Counted from the stretch's first letter, positions 10,324-21,056 are shown. The stretch: DNA of 64,000 nucleotides from an uncultured Nitrospinota bacterium (GCA_963707985.1 CAVPRW010000023.1:128001-192000); one strand, 5' to 3'. Numbers and translations: made by a program. Notes: a model not told the origin generated them from the letters alone.

Positions 10324-10331
10324 ACCTTTGC

Positions 10332-10340
10332 ATTATACCA
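10332..10340 (-). promoter_or_regulatory. Extended -10 promoter (TGGTATAAT), probably giving a leaderless mRNA
   Basis: Minus strand TGGTATAAT-gcaaaggt-ATG, with no SD before the ATG at 10323. Confidence 0.5.
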
Positions 10341-10372
10341 ACTCGTAGCCTCCGACGTATCTGTTTTCTGGG

Positions 10373-10436
10373 GCCGAACGGTCTGCCGATGATATGCGAA
10401 CGCGTAGCGCGAGTCAGGTCCAGCGGCGTGTTCAGC
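10373..10436 (-). other. attC site
   Basis: GCTGAAC-acgccg-CTGGACCTGAC-tcgcgctacgcgttc-GCATATCAT-cggcagacc-GTTCGGC. Confidence 0.65.
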
Positions 10437-10529
10437 AGTGCCGCCGAGGCTCCATTTATGCCTGGTGAGATCCGTCGCCGTACGCCTCAGTCTGCGTCAG
10501 CTCCCGAGCACCCTCTGTGCCAATATCAA

Positions 10530-11308
10530 TGAGATACCTCCCTTAGGATAAATTTGTGAAGGGCGGGGAGGTAAGGATCAATGAACCAGGGTACACGGAT
10601 AGGTGCCATGGCTGAGTCCTCTGCCCAAGAGGCTGGACCTGGCCGTGAGTGCCGTGATGTGGAGGTCTCATCGGTGTCGCAGCGGCGTCGTTGGACCGCG
10701 GCAGACAAGGGCCGTGTGTTGGCGGTAGCAGATGCCTGCCCAGCACCAGGGCAGGTGGATGCCCTGTGGCGCCGGGAAGGCATGGACTCTGCCCATCTGA
10801 CCACCTGGCGACGGCCACGCGAGCACGGGATGTTGGAGGCCCAGACGCCGAAAAAACGGGGGCGCCAAGCCCGGGGCCTGGACCCTCTAGCCCAGCGGGT
10901 GGCGCCGCTCGAACGCGACCATGCGCGCCTGAGCCAGCAGCTCACACAGGCGGACACGAGTATGGAGGTGCAAAGAAAGTCTCCGAGCTGTTGGGGATGC
11001 CACGAGAGGGGAGCCCGCCGGGAGGGAACCTCTCCTGGTAGCGACGAGGAGCTTAGCGCAGGACGTTGGCGCCAGGGCGGCGTGTGAGGCGCTGGGCGTG
11101 CCGCGCGCCCGTGACGATCGTGACCAGTCACGCCTGGAGCGAGCGCGTCGCCAGGGCGAGCAGCTGGCATCGGCCGCTCGCCTTGAGGTGCGAGGAACCG
11201 CAGGTGGTTTTGGCGCTCTGGCACGCTGTGCGTTGCGTGGATAATTACCCGCCGGAGGTATAGGCCACCCTCCTGGATGAAGGGCTCTACCACAGCTCCA
11301 TCCGGAGC
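10530..11308 (+). mobile_element. Degenerate IS3-family element (OrfA plus start of OrfB), 3' truncated
   Basis: TG left end. OrfA-like RRRWTAADKGRVLAVADAC..REG..HLTTWRR; decayed OrfB ..PPEV*ATLLDEGLY..SIRS. Confidence 0.75.
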
Positions 11309-11693
11309 ATGGACTGATCGAGAGGAGGACTTTAGAGGATTGCGTGAGCAATTCTTTCGACATCTGGAGTCGTATGATCGTATTCTTTCGCTGCGGCGGC
11401 TTCGTCGGACGAGAACCTATACATGGCATTATGAACTGGTAGAAATTCCGAAAAATCTTTTGCTCGAAGCAAGAAATGGTGTACTAAGAATCATGCATCA
11501 GAGTAGACAATTCCCAAGGCCAGCTTATTATGATGTCACTGATTCCAGTGGCGCTAGCCAATTCCAGCTCTATTTTAATGCAGGCGGTAAACGAAAATTA
11601 CAGATGAAAGGGATGAACAAAGCCTACTGTATCGTTCATGCCGAGTGGTGTTTTGAAACGAGCATCTCAGAAACCGATTCCTTACTGACTTGA
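11305..11693 (+). pseudogene. C-terminal half of a SmaI-like type II restriction endonuclease
   Basis: FFRHLESYDRILSLR..YELVEIPKNLLLEA..SRQFPRPAY..FQLYFNAGGKRKLQMK..CIVHAEW closely resembles the R.SmaI C-terminus as I recall it; the 5' half is replaced by the IS3 remnant. Confidence 0.65.
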
Positions 11694-11705
11694 CTCGCCA
11701 CAGCG

Positions 11706-12413
11706 CTATTCGCACTTCTCGGATTTTCGGAAGACTAGCCAATAGCAGTGATGCCGTCTTGCATGATGGGCCACTTGCCATTTCGGATCAACAATGGGTC
11801 CCTTCCGGATCTTCACAATGCAGTCACATGGACAGAAGCCAGCAGTCGTAGCAGCTTGGATGAGATCGACATGTGCCCATTGCATGCGATGGTTGTGGAC
11901 GTAATCCGCGATTTTACACAGTAAAACCCCCTCTGACTTCAATAGCCGATACGCCTCGTGGACAAACGGAAGATAGAGATGCGAAAAATTATAGCCTTGG
12001 GCAGCGGATGATTTAAGCACGAGGCCAAATCGGACATTGAAGTCTTTGGAGCGATCTTTCCCTTGATTGGGAATATGCGGCGGATCGTACACCACGACAT
12101 CAAAACTACCGTCGCGAAATGGCATGTCCAGGTTGTTACCCACAACGGATGGACGATAGCGGGGATTGATATCCAAGCCAATCACCGACCGCTGACTCCC
12201 TCGCCAGAAGCGTCCAGCGTTAACCGTCGCATCTAAGATGCGCTGAGGTGGTGTGTGAGGATAAAAACCGAGCATTGACTCTAAGAGTTCAGCATCTTCA
12301 CCTTGCCATACTGAGGGGAGCAGACGATACTGCGTACTCGAAGGGGCGGGTTCATCCTCCGTAAAGAGTGTGGACTGTGATTGAATGGCGTATGATCCCG
12401 CAGTATTCGCCAC
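11706..12413 (-). CDS. Small amino (N4-C/N6-A) DNA methyltransferase
   Basis: SAM-binding RILDATVNAGRFW..GLDINP and catalytic-type FDVVVYDPPH; convergent with the REase remnant. Confidence 0.75.
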   Translation of the reverse strand: MANTAGSYAIQSQSTLFTEDEPAPSSTQYRLLPSVWQGEDAELLESMLGFYPHTPPQRILDATVNAGRFWRGSQRSVIGLDINPRYRPSVVGNNLDMPFRDGSFDVVVYDPPHIPNQGKDRSKDFNVRFGLVLKSSAAQGYNFSHLYLPFVHEAYRLLKSEGVLLCKIADYVHNHRMQWAHVDLIQAATTAGFCPCDCIVKIRKGPIVDPKWQVAHHARRHHCYWLVFRKSEKCE

Positions 12414-12690
12414 CTACTTGCCTCCTTCACCTATGGTCAAGGCTACCGCAACTCGTTGGTTCATACTTCAGCGGCTTCAATATAAGTCGTGAATCCATGG
12501 GCTGTCAAGCACCAAGCCTTCCCTCAGCCATGTTGACTCCGAACCGACCCACTACCGTCGTGTGATACCACTCATGCTCTGCTCGGAACATACTCAGCGC
12601 TATCTCGCTTACCCACAGCCTGCTGCCCAAACAGCTGGCAGCCTGCTTGTTGGACACACCCCATCCAGTCCTGGCCCCTCGTCGCCCCCT

Positions 12691-14787
12691 CTACGTTCGA
12701 CGCAACAGGAGATTGCCGTATTGATCGACGGAGGCTTCGTAACCAGGATGGATGACCGTGGTGGAATCCAGTTCCTCGACCACTGCCGGGCCAGGCACCA
12801 CATCACCCCAACACAGACGGTAACGATCGACGATCGGGCAGGAGGTGAACTCTTCAATCTCGCCAAACCAGACTGGCCGGTGGCCCTTCACGGCCGCTTG
12901 AAAGTTCCCTGTCCCATGCGGCAGAGCCTTGAGCTGAGGTTTTGGGCTGACGCCGATGGCCGTGAGCCGCACGTTGACCAACTCCACGGCATCCTCACGT
13001 GCGGCATAGCCATAGGCGCGCGCATGGGCCTCGTGAAATTGCTCCAGGATGCGCTCGACATCCGGTGCGGTCAGAGCGCCAGCGGGTACCGTCACCGTCA
13101 GCTCGTGCGATTGCCCGCGATAGCGCAAGTCCAGCGTGCGGATCAAGCGTCGTTGGTCTGGTGCCACCCCTTCGCGCGCTAACAGGCTATCCCCCTGCGT
13201 CTCATAGTCGCTGAACAGGCCCATGAGCGCGGCGGCATCGAGCTGACCCAGCAACTGCCGACGCGTGGCGACAAATTCATGGGTCAGGTCGGTCATCAGC
13301 AGGCCCAACGCCGAAGCGATCCCCGGACTGGGCGGAATCAAGATCGTCGGAATATCCAATTCACGGGCTAGGGCATTCGCATGGAGCGGCCCGGCCCCGC
13401 CGAACGCCACCAAGACGAAGTCACGCGGGTCGTAGCCCCGCTGCACGGAGATCAGGCGGATGGCCCCCATCATGTGGGCATTGGCGATCTCGACAATGCC
13501 GCTCGCCGCCTGCACGGGGTCGAGTTTCAGCGGCTGGCCGCAGCGGACCATCATGGCGTTGCGACTGGCCTGCAGGTCGAGGCCGATTTCACCCCCGAGA
13601 AAGAATTCCGCATTGAGACGGCCGAGCAGCAAATTGGCATCGGTGATGGTCGGGGTCGTACCTCCCTGCCCGTAACACGCCGGTCCAGGCACCGCCCCGG
13701 CGCTGCGAGGGCCGACGCGCAATGCGCCCCCGGCATCGATCCAGGCTTCGCTGCCGCCGCCCGCGCCCACCTCCACCAGGTCGATGACTGGCGTGCGTAC
13801 CGGATAGCCGCTGCCGCGTCCTTCTCCCATTGGCGTGATGGCCTGCCCACCCACTTCGAACTCGGTCGACAGTTGCGGCCGTCCGTCACGGATGAGCCCG
13901 ACCTTGGCGGTCGTGCCCCCCATATCGAAGGAGATGACGTTGCCATAGCCATGCGGTAGCGCAAAGGCGCCCGCGGCAATGACGCCGGCCGCCGGACCGG
14001 ATTCCACCATGTAGACGGGCCGCTGCCTGGCCGATTGCACGCTCATGACGCCGCCGCTGGACTGCATGACATAGAACGGGGCGGTAATCCCCCGAGTCTG
14101 CAGGCGAGATTCCAGGGCATCGAGATAACGCGACACCAGGGGCATGATCGCCGCATTGACCGTGGTGGTACTGGCGCGCAGGTACTCGCGGAACTCTGGG
14201 CAGACGTCGGAAGAGACCGACAAGAAAGCCTCGGGATACTCCATCCGGATGATGTCAGCCGCCAAACGTTCGTGCGCCGGATTGACATAGGAGTGGAGAA
14301 AACAGCAGACGATAGCCTCAACGTCCTCGGCTCTGAGCTGCCGCACCGCCTGGCGCACGGCGTCGGTGTCCAGAGGTTCGAGGACCTTGCCTTCAGCATC
14401 GAGGCGCTCGCGCACCTCAAAGCTCCAGCGCCTCGACACCAACGGCCGTGGTTTGGTCAGGTGCACATCGTACAGCCGCGAGCGGATCTGCCGGCCGATC
14501 TCCAACACATCACGAAAGCCCTGCGTGGTGATCAGCCCGACGCGGGCGGTCTTGCCTTCGATCAGGGCGTTCGTGGCCACCGTGGTCGCGTGCACCATCA
14601 GGCGTACCGCCTCACTCGTGCACTGCGAGCGTTGCAGCGCACGCTCGACCGCGGCCATGAAACCGAGGGCCGGGTCAACGGGAGTGGTCGGGACTTTGAC
14701 GATGACGATCTCGCCCGTGGTCTCATCGACGAGCGCGCCATCGGTGAAGGTACCGCCGATATCGATGCCTAAGCGGGAAGGGCTCAT
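12691..14787 (-). CDS. Hydantoinase/oxoprolinase subunit A family protein
   Basis: GIDIGGTFTD, HATTVATNALIE, ESGPAAG, DMGGTT, GAGGGS, FGGAGPLHA. Confidence 0.95.
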   Translation of the reverse strand: MSPSRLGIDIGGTFTDGALVDETTGEIVIVKVPTTPVDPALGFMAAVERALQRSQCTSEAVRLMVHATTVATNALIEGKTARVGLITTQGFRDVLEIGRQIRSRLYDVHLTKPRPLVSRRWSFEVRERLDAEGKVLEPLDTDAVRQAVRQLRAEDVEAIVCCFLHSYVNPAHERLAADIIRMEYPEAFLSVSSDVCPEFREYLRASTTTVNAAIMPLVSRYLDALESRLQTRGITAPFYVMQSSGGVMSVQSARQRPVYMVESGPAAGVIAAGAFALPHGYGNVISFDMGGTTAKVGLIRDGRPQLSTEFEVGGQAITPMGEGRGSGYPVRTPVIDLVEVGAGGGSEAWIDAGGALRVGPRSAGAVPGPACYGQGGTTPTITDANLLLGRLNAEFFLGGEIGLDLQASRNAMMVRCGQPLKLDPVQAASGIVEIANAHMMGAIRLISVQRGYDPRDFVLVAFGGAGPLHANALARELDIPTILIPPSPGIASALGLLMTDLTHEFVATRRQLLGQLDAAALMGLFSDYETQGDSLLAREGVAPDQRRLIRTLDLRYRGQSHELTVTVPAGALTAPDVERILEQFHEAHARAYGYAAREDAVELVNVRLTAIGVSPKPQLKALPHGTGNFQAAVKGHRPVWFGEIEEFTSCPIVDRYRLCWGDVVPGPAVVEELDSTTVIHPGYEASVDQYGNLLLRRT

Positions 14788-16583
14788 GCGTCGGTCTTCT
14801 CCAGCGGCGGCCGCGCCAGAAGCGTTCGGGCCTCGGCGGTCGCGTCCTCATCCAGCGTCAAGTTGGTCGGATCGAGGACGACTCCATAGGCCTGCCGGGC
14901 TCGTTCGGCCGAGACTTTACCCAGGGCCACATCGGTGACCACCTGCTCTGCGGGCCGCTTCCACGCTGCCTCACATCCACCTCCTCCAGGCGTCTGCACG
15001 CTGACGACGTCCCCTGGCTTGAGCAGCAACGTAATCTTTGACGGGAGCTCGCGCGCCTCTGAGGTGTCGGGGTTGAGGATGTACCTGGCCGAGCGTGCCG
15101 GTCCGCCGTCGAACAGACCCCAGGGCGGATATTTGGCTTTGTCGGAGAGGATGGAGAAGCTCGGCGTGTGGCCTGGGAACGTGTAGTCCCGCCGCACGCC
15201 CAGTCCGCCGCGATAAGAGCCCGCGCCTTCTGAGTCGGGGATGAGCTCGTAGCGCAGGATACGCACCGGATAATTGGCCTCGGTCTCTTCCACGGGGGCG
15301 TTTTCGGTGTTCTGGAAATGCGCCTGCACGGCATCCATGCCATCGTTACGGCGGGTGGCACCGTAGCCGCCGGCAATGGTCTCGTAGAAGGTAAAGTAGT
15401 CCCCGGTCGTCGGATTGATGCCGCCAAAGGCGATATTGCAGATGCAGCCTTTGGTGCCAGCCAGCACGCGCTCGGGTAGGGCGCTCGACAACGCCTTGAA
15501 GAGCAGGTCGCAGAGCTGCATGGCCACTTCCCACCCGGCCGCGACGGCCGCCGGATGCTGGGCATGCACGACGGTGCCTGGCGTGGTGCGGATATCGACC
15601 AGTCGATAAAAGCCATCGTTGACGGAAATATCCGGGTCGATCAGACATTTCAAGACATAGACCACGCCGGAGTAGGTCTGGGCCAAGGTGGCGTTGGTGG
15701 GGGAGGGTCGCTGTGGGGCGCACTCGGTTAAATCAACGCTGACGCGACCCTGATCGATGCAGACCGCCGCGACGAGGCGAATCGGCTCGTCACGAATGCC
15801 GTCACCATCCATGTACGACTCGGCACGGAAGACGCCATCGGGAAACTGGGCAAAGGCGTCGGCGGTACGGCGCTCGGTATAATCCAGCATGGCGCCGAGG
15901 TAGCGCTCGAATTCCATGCCGCCATACTTCTCCAGCAAGGCTTGCAGCCGCTGCCAGCCGAGCCGATTGGCCGCCGTCTGGGCGCGGAAGTCGCCCGAGA
16001 TCTCCTTGGTGCCGCGGAAATTGGCGCGAATCAGGGCAAAGATGTCGCGGTCGATTTGTCCCTCTTTGACGAAGCGGATGGGCGGGATGACGACTCCTTC
16101 CTGGTAGATCTCATTCGATACCCCGATGCTGCCGGGTGCGCCCCCGCCGACATCGACATGATGCGCGATATTGGCGAGATAGCCGAAAATCTCCCCCTCA
16201 TGAAAGACCGGGCTGATGAGGGTGATATCGTTCAGGTGCACGCCACCCAAGAAGGGATCATTGATCAGAATGCCATCGCCGGGCTTAAGGTGTTCCGGAC
16301 CATAAGCGGCGATCGCTCGCGGCACGATATGCGCCAGCGAGCCCAGATGCGACGGCTGGGCGAAGGCCTGGGCAATGGTGCGCAGCTGACGATCGAAAAA
16401 GGCGCAGGAGAAGTCGCCGCGGGTTTTGATATTGGTGGAATAGGCGGCGCGCCGCAGGGTCGCGCCCATTTCCTCGGTGATCGCCAAAAGCGCATGGCGC
16501 ATCACCTCGAAGCGTACCGGGTCTATGCCCGGCGCCAAAGCGCTGGAGGACGTCTGCGGAGCGGACGAGATAGCTGAAGACAT
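14784..16583 (-). CDS. Hydantoinase B/oxoprolinase family protein
   Basis: EEMGATLRRAAYSTNIK..DFSCA, NDPFLGGVHLND, HHVDVGG, TPGGGG. Confidence 0.95.
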   Translation of the reverse strand: MSSAISSAPQTSSSALAPGIDPVRFEVMRHALLAITEEMGATLRRAAYSTNIKTRGDFSCAFFDRQLRTIAQAFAQPSHLGSLAHIVPRAIAAYGPEHLKPGDGILINDPFLGGVHLNDITLISPVFHEGEIFGYLANIAHHVDVGGGAPGSIGVSNEIYQEGVVIPPIRFVKEGQIDRDIFALIRANFRGTKEISGDFRAQTAANRLGWQRLQALLEKYGGMEFERYLGAMLDYTERRTADAFAQFPDGVFRAESYMDGDGIRDEPIRLVAAVCIDQGRVSVDLTECAPQRPSPTNATLAQTYSGVVYVLKCLIDPDISVNDGFYRLVDIRTTPGTVVHAQHPAAVAAGWEVAMQLCDLLFKALSSALPERVLAGTKGCICNIAFGGINPTTGDYFTFYETIAGGYGATRRNDGMDAVQAHFQNTENAPVEETEANYPVRILRYELIPDSEGAGSYRGGLGVRRDYTFPGHTPSFSILSDKAKYPPWGLFDGGPARSARYILNPDTSEARELPSKITLLLKPGDVVSVQTPGGGGCEAAWKRPAEQVVTDVALGKVSAERARQAYGVVLDPTNLTLDEDATAEARTLLARPPLEKTDA

Positions 16584-16701
16584 AGATTCAACCTCTATTG
16601 TACCTTATGGTAAGAGACCGCTGCCTGTGCTATGGACTGTACCGAATTGCACCCCAAGGGCTGAGGCAGACGTCGAAAAAAGCCTCAGTCCTCGGCACAC
16701 A

Positions 16702-17835
16702 TCACGCAGCGCTATCGGTAAAAATATCCAACGGCAAGAACGCCGACACCACCACATTTGGTACATCGACCAGCTCACTGATGCGCAGGTCGACGGCAAC
16801 GCTCGTCACTACGTACGCTTGCTCGCGACTGTAGCCCCGCTCGGCCACCAGATGATCGATCATGTTCAGCAGCGCGTCCTGCGCGGCCAGTGTGACATTT
16901 TCCGATTCGTTGCGACCGTCGCGCGTGATCGGCATGCCGGTCGTGGCGAAGAATCGGCGTGGTACGGCAAAGCGCGGGTCCGCATAGTACTCCTGACGCT
17001 CATACTGCGGACGTTGAATCTGCCGCTGCGCCGCCACCCCTTTGCGTAGCCCAAAGCGCACCGTCAGCGTCGCCCCCATCTCCACCGCCGTACCACAGCT
17101 TTCTCCATCCCCCTGAGCGAAGTGGGCGTCACCAGACGAAAAGAGTGCCCCCGGCGTGTAGACCGGCAGCAATAACGTGGTGCCGGCGGTGAGTTGTTTG
17201 ATGTCGAAATTGCCACCGGTCTCTCGCGGCGGAATGGTGCGCAAGGCCGTGCTGGCGATCGGCTCCATGGTGGGTACGGCGCCCTGCGCGTCGGGTGGCA
17301 AAACTGCCCCACCACGGCGTAACAAGTCGTCTTCACGGGCGGTGAGTTGGGCCAATAGCTGGTGCGAGGGGGAGACCCCCATCACCCCCATGAACGGGCC
17401 GCCGGGGATACGCACGTCAGGCAGATCGGGCGACACGGCAACCCCACCGGCGATCGCCCACTTGATCAGAAAGGGCGTCGGAAAAAACTCCCGTAAAAAG
17501 CCGAACCCTGGCACAATGGTGGTGAAGGCAAAGGGTTGAGGCGTGATCTCCACGATGTGTACTTCGAGCAGATCCCCCGGTTCCGCGCCATTGATAAACA
17601 CCGGACCGGTGAGGGGATGGACGACATTCAAATCGGCACGATGGAGATCGGCCGCCGTCGTGTCTGGTGTAATGGCCCCATCGAAGGCATCACGGGTTTC
17701 CAGGACAACCGTATCACCTGGATCGACTCTGAGGGCGGGCGGAATATCGGGATGCCAACGGTTATGCCCGGTTTGAGGCTCGTCGCACAGGGGTTTATTA
17801 CGATCGATGCGAACAGTGTGGCTTCCAGCCGCCAT
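16702..17835 (-). CDS. Acetamidase/formamidase family protein
   Basis: HNRWHPDIPP, HPLTGPVFI, PPRETGGNFD, GDAHFAQGDGE, VDVPN. Confidence 0.95.
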   Translation of the reverse strand: MAAGSHTVRIDRNKPLCDEPQTGHNRWHPDIPPALRVDPGDTVVLETRDAFDGAITPDTTAADLHRADLNVVHPLTGPVFINGAEPGDLLEVHIVEITPQPFAFTTIVPGFGFLREFFPTPFLIKWAIAGGVAVSPDLPDVRIPGGPFMGVMGVSPSHQLLAQLTAREDDLLRRGGAVLPPDAQGAVPTMEPIASTALRTIPPRETGGNFDIKQLTAGTTLLLPVYTPGALFSSGDAHFAQGDGESCGTAVEMGATLTVRFGLRKGVAAQRQIQRPQYERQEYYADPRFAVPRRFFATTGMPITRDGRNESENVTLAAQDALLNMIDHLVAERGYSREQAYVVTSVAVDLRISELVDVPNVVVSAFLPLDIFTDSAA

Positions 17836-18099
17836 GAAGACCTCCTTTGCCTACAGCGGTATGTGTCAGCGGTTCGGCGAGTGGAGAATACCCGCCGTGG
17901 AAACGGGTGTCAACAAAAAGGGTGTGGCTGCTATTCGTCTCGCAGGCATGGCCTGGCACGGTGCATCAGGGCCTGCAACGATAGGCAATAGACCGATTAT
18001 ACTAGACCTTCAGGGGAACCCGTGTAGAATAGCAGGACCACATATCGCAGAATCGGCTACACGCTTACGTCTGGCATCATGCGCCAGGGAGGAATGTCG

Positions 18100-19221
18100 A
18101 TGCAAGGTCGAGTTGCAGTGTTGCGGGAATATGGCGGGGAGTTTGAGCTGCGAGAGTACCCGGTGCCCGAGGTTGAACCCGGTGCCATCCTGGTAAAGCT
18201 CACACGCGCTGGCGTGTGTGGCTCTGATCTCCATATCTGGCGGGGCGAGATGAAGGATGTCTATGGTACCGCCCCGAAAGACCTGACCTTCGGCCACGAG
18301 ATGTGCGGACACGTCGAGCGCCTCGGTGCCGGCGTCACCACTGACTCGAATGGGCAACCATTGCAGGAAGGGGATCGCATTACCTTTGCCTATTTTTTCC
18401 CCTGTGGCCGTTGCCCTGTCTGCCTGCAGGATGAGCTTGGGAGCTGCCCACGCAAAGCACGCGCCAATCGGGTCGCCGGCACACCACCCTATTTCAATAA
18501 CGCCTACGGCGATTATTACTACCTGCGTCCCAACCACTATGTCTATAAACTCCCGGATGAAATCTCGGACGATATCGCCACACCGGTGAACTGTGCCCTG
18601 TCACAAGTCTTGTATGGGTTGCAGCGCGCCGGTCTACGTTTCGGTCAGACGGCGGTCATTCAGGGGGCCGGTGGCCTGGGGCTCAATGCCGTCGCCGTCG
18701 CCAAGGATATGGGTGCGGACAAAGTCATCGTCATCGACCAGATCCCTGGCCGTCTTGAACTGGCACGCGCCTTTGGGGCCGATCACGCCTTAAGTCTAAC
18801 CGAGCTGCCGCGGCCAGAGGACCGTATTCAAGCGGTGATGGACCTGACGGACGGCTTCGGGGCCGATGTGGTCGCAGACGTGGTGGGATACCCACACGTC
18901 ATCCCGGAAGGGCTACGCATGCTACGGAGCGGTGGCTGTTACCTGGAGATCGGCAATATCGCCCCAGGAAACATGTTTACGTATGACGCGACGGCACTGG
19001 TCCGAGGCAATACCCGGCTGGTGGCCACGTCCAATTATTCGCCGTGGGCTATCCCCCAGGCGCTGGCGTTTATCCGCCGCAATATCCAACGTCTTCCCTT
19101 CGATCGCATCGTGTCCCATACGTTCCCGCTTGAACGCATCACAGACGCCTTCCAACAGGCTGAGTGGCTGCAACGTGAGGGTGATCCGCTACGCATCTCG
19201 CGGGCTGCGCTCGCCATGTAG
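18100..19221 (+). CDS. Zinc-dependent alcohol dehydrogenase (MDR family)
   Basis: GVCGSDLH, FGHE, CGRCPVC..C, QGAGGLG. Confidence 0.95.
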   Translation: MQGRVAVLREYGGEFELREYPVPEVEPGAILVKLTRAGVCGSDLHIWRGEMKDVYGTAPKDLTFGHEMCGHVERLGAGVTTDSNGQPLQEGDRITFAYFFPCGRCPVCLQDELGSCPRKARANRVAGTPPYFNNAYGDYYYLRPNHYVYKLPDEISDDIATPVNCALSQVLYGLQRAGLRFGQTAVIQGAGGLGLNAVAVAKDMGADKVIVIDQIPGRLELARAFGADHALSLTELPRPEDRIQAVMDLTDGFGADVVADVVGYPHVIPEGLRMLRSGGCYLEIGNIAPGNMFTYDATALVRGNTRLVATSNYSPWAIPQALAFIRRNIQRLPFDRIVSHTFPLERITDAFQQAEWLQREGDPLRISRAALAM

Positions 19222-19248
19222 GGGAGAACGAGGATTATCACACCAGCC

Positions 19249-19545
19249 GTGCTCCCAAGTCGCTGGTGCTCGAGGGTGATCGCGAGCGCTTTAGGTCTGG
19301 CGATACTCTTTTGGGTGGGGGCGATCAGCCCCCACCTCGTGCACCACCTCTTCGATGAAGACCATGGGCAAGCCTGCCTGATGTTCGAGCAGGCCAGCTG
19401 GTTCCCCATGTCTCATGGTCGCACAAGCTGGCCTTATACTGCCTCGGATACCGCATCCAGCGCTCCTTGTCGATGCACTCTCCTATCCACCGGTGCATCT
19501 CATCGCGCCTTATTCACCACGTGCCCCTCCATCCAGCCACGTCTG
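19249..19545 (+). CDS. Small His-rich membrane-anchored protein (DUF2946-like) leading the copper cluster; 3' end uncertain, possibly frameshifted
   Basis: TM segment then PHLVHHLFDEDHGQAC; located directly before the copper genes. Confidence 0.4.
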
Positions 19546-19652
19546 ATTCTTCAAGCACAACATCATTCTCTCTTGTTCGGAGCGACAGGGCTGTATTGCG
19601 CTTCGCGGGAGAGGTGCGCTCTCCGACAACGTCAGGCTTGGAGGAAAGGCCG

Positions 19653-20663
19653 ATGCGACAGGTGCGTGTATTGGATGTGCTGATATTCGCAACGCTCATG
19701 ACGCTCTCAGCGCCCATCCTCGTGTGGGCCCATGGCACCGCGGGCAAGCGATTTTTTCCCACGACACTCACCATCGAGGACCCGTTCGTCTCCGACGAAC
19801 TCTCTTTCTTGGTTGATTACATTAAAGAACCTGGCGAGGTCGTGGACTCACCGACCAAGGTCATGGCGATCTCTGGTGATTACTCCAAACGGATCACGCC
19901 GTCCCTGGGGCTGTCGATCGGAGGGGAATTCCGGCATTTGGACCCCGACGAGGGAAAAACCGAAAACGGCTTCGGAAACCTCGAGCTCGGGGCCAAATAC
20001 CAGCTCTTCACCAGCGCGCCGCATGAGGCCTTGCTATCGCTCGGGTTGGATGTGGATCTCGGCGGGACTGGCAGTCGCTCTGTGGGTGCTGAGTCGTTCT
20101 CGACCTTCGCACCAGTGCTGCTCTTCGGCAAGGGCTTCGGCGACCTCCCCGAGACGCTGAATTTCCTGAAGCCGCTGGCCGTCACCGGGAGACTTGGGCT
20201 CGATATCCCCACACGCAGCAAGAACGTCACCACCTCTGTGCTTGAAACCAATGGCGCGACTACCGATGAGGTCAACGGCGAGCAAGTTACTGAGAATATC
20301 TCGGAAATCGAGCGTGAGGTCGAGTACAACCCGCTTATCCTGAGTTGGGGCTTCACTGTGCAGTACAGCCTGCAATATCTGCAGGCGTTCGTCAAAGATG
20401 TCGGACTGGGTGCGCCATTTGACCGCATGATCCCGCTGGTGGAGCTACCACTCGAAACTTGCCTGAATCGTGGCTGCGGAGGGCGGACGACCGGCACGGT
20501 CAACCCCGGCCTCATCTGGTTCGGCAAGTACCTGCAGCTCGGCCTCGAAGCCGCCATCCCGATCAATGACCGTTCAGGGAAAAACGTCGGGGTCCGTGGA
20601 ATTGTGCATTTCTTCATCGATGATCTTTTCCCGGAGAGCTTGGGGCGGCCGATCTTTCGCTAG
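19653..20663 (+). CDS. Putative outer-membrane beta-barrel/transporter associated with copCD
   Basis: Signal peptide ending VWA-HG; KRFFPTTLTIEDPFVSDE; amphipathic beta strands; GAGGAAAGG RBS. Confidence 0.7.
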   Translation: MRQVRVLDVLIFATLMTLSAPILVWAHGTAGKRFFPTTLTIEDPFVSDELSFLVDYIKEPGEVVDSPTKVMAISGDYSKRITPSLGLSIGGEFRHLDPDEGKTENGFGNLELGAKYQLFTSAPHEALLSLGLDVDLGGTGSRSVGAESFSTFAPVLLFGKGFGDLPETLNFLKPLAVTGRLGLDIPTRSKNVTTSVLETNGATTDEVNGEQVTENISEIEREVEYNPLILSWGFTVQYSLQYLQAFVKDVGLGAPFDRMIPLVELPLETCLNRGCGGRTTGTVNPGLIWFGKYLQLGLEAAIPINDRSGKNVGVRGIVHFFIDDLFPESLGRPIFR

Positions 20664-20676
20664 TGGGGGTCATAGC

Positions 20677-21054
20677 ATGCACATGCTCCGTGGGATCATC
20701 GCCCTGTACAGCCTGATACTGTTTGGCTGGCCGCCGTGTGCGGCCTGGGGCCATGCGTTCCCCCATCATAGCGAACCGAAGGTGGGGGCGACTGTGAGCG
20801 TCGCCCCCAGTCGCATCCGGATTTGGTTCGATGGCGCCCTTGAACCTGCGTTTAGTAGCCTGCGCGTGGAGGATGCCCACGGCCAGAGGGTGGACAAGGG
20901 GGATGGGCACGTCGACCCGGCTGACGCGACGCTTCTCGAGGTAGACTTGACGCCCCTGGCTCCCGGTCGCTACCGCGTGATCTGGAGCGTAGTCGCGCGG
21001 GACGGACATCGGACCGAAGGTGATTTCATGTTTACCATTCAGCAGGGAGATTAG
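20677..21054 (+). CDS. copC: Copper resistance protein CopC
   Basis: Signal peptide, mature N-terminal His (HAFPHHSEP), WSVVARDGHRTEG. Confidence 0.92.
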   Translation: MHMLRGIIALYSLILFGWPPCAAWGHAFPHHSEPKVGATVSVAPSRIRIWFDGALEPAFSSLRVEDAHGQRVDKGDGHVDPADATLLEVDLTPLAPGRYRVIWSVVARDGHRTEGDFMFTIQQGD

Positions 21055-21056
21055 GC

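Noticed and set aside
4314..12413. Calling the region DISARM
   Set aside because: No DrmA or DrmB (DUF1998) is present, the PLD protein is much longer than DrmC, and the nearby MTase is separated by cassettes and paired with an REase remnant.
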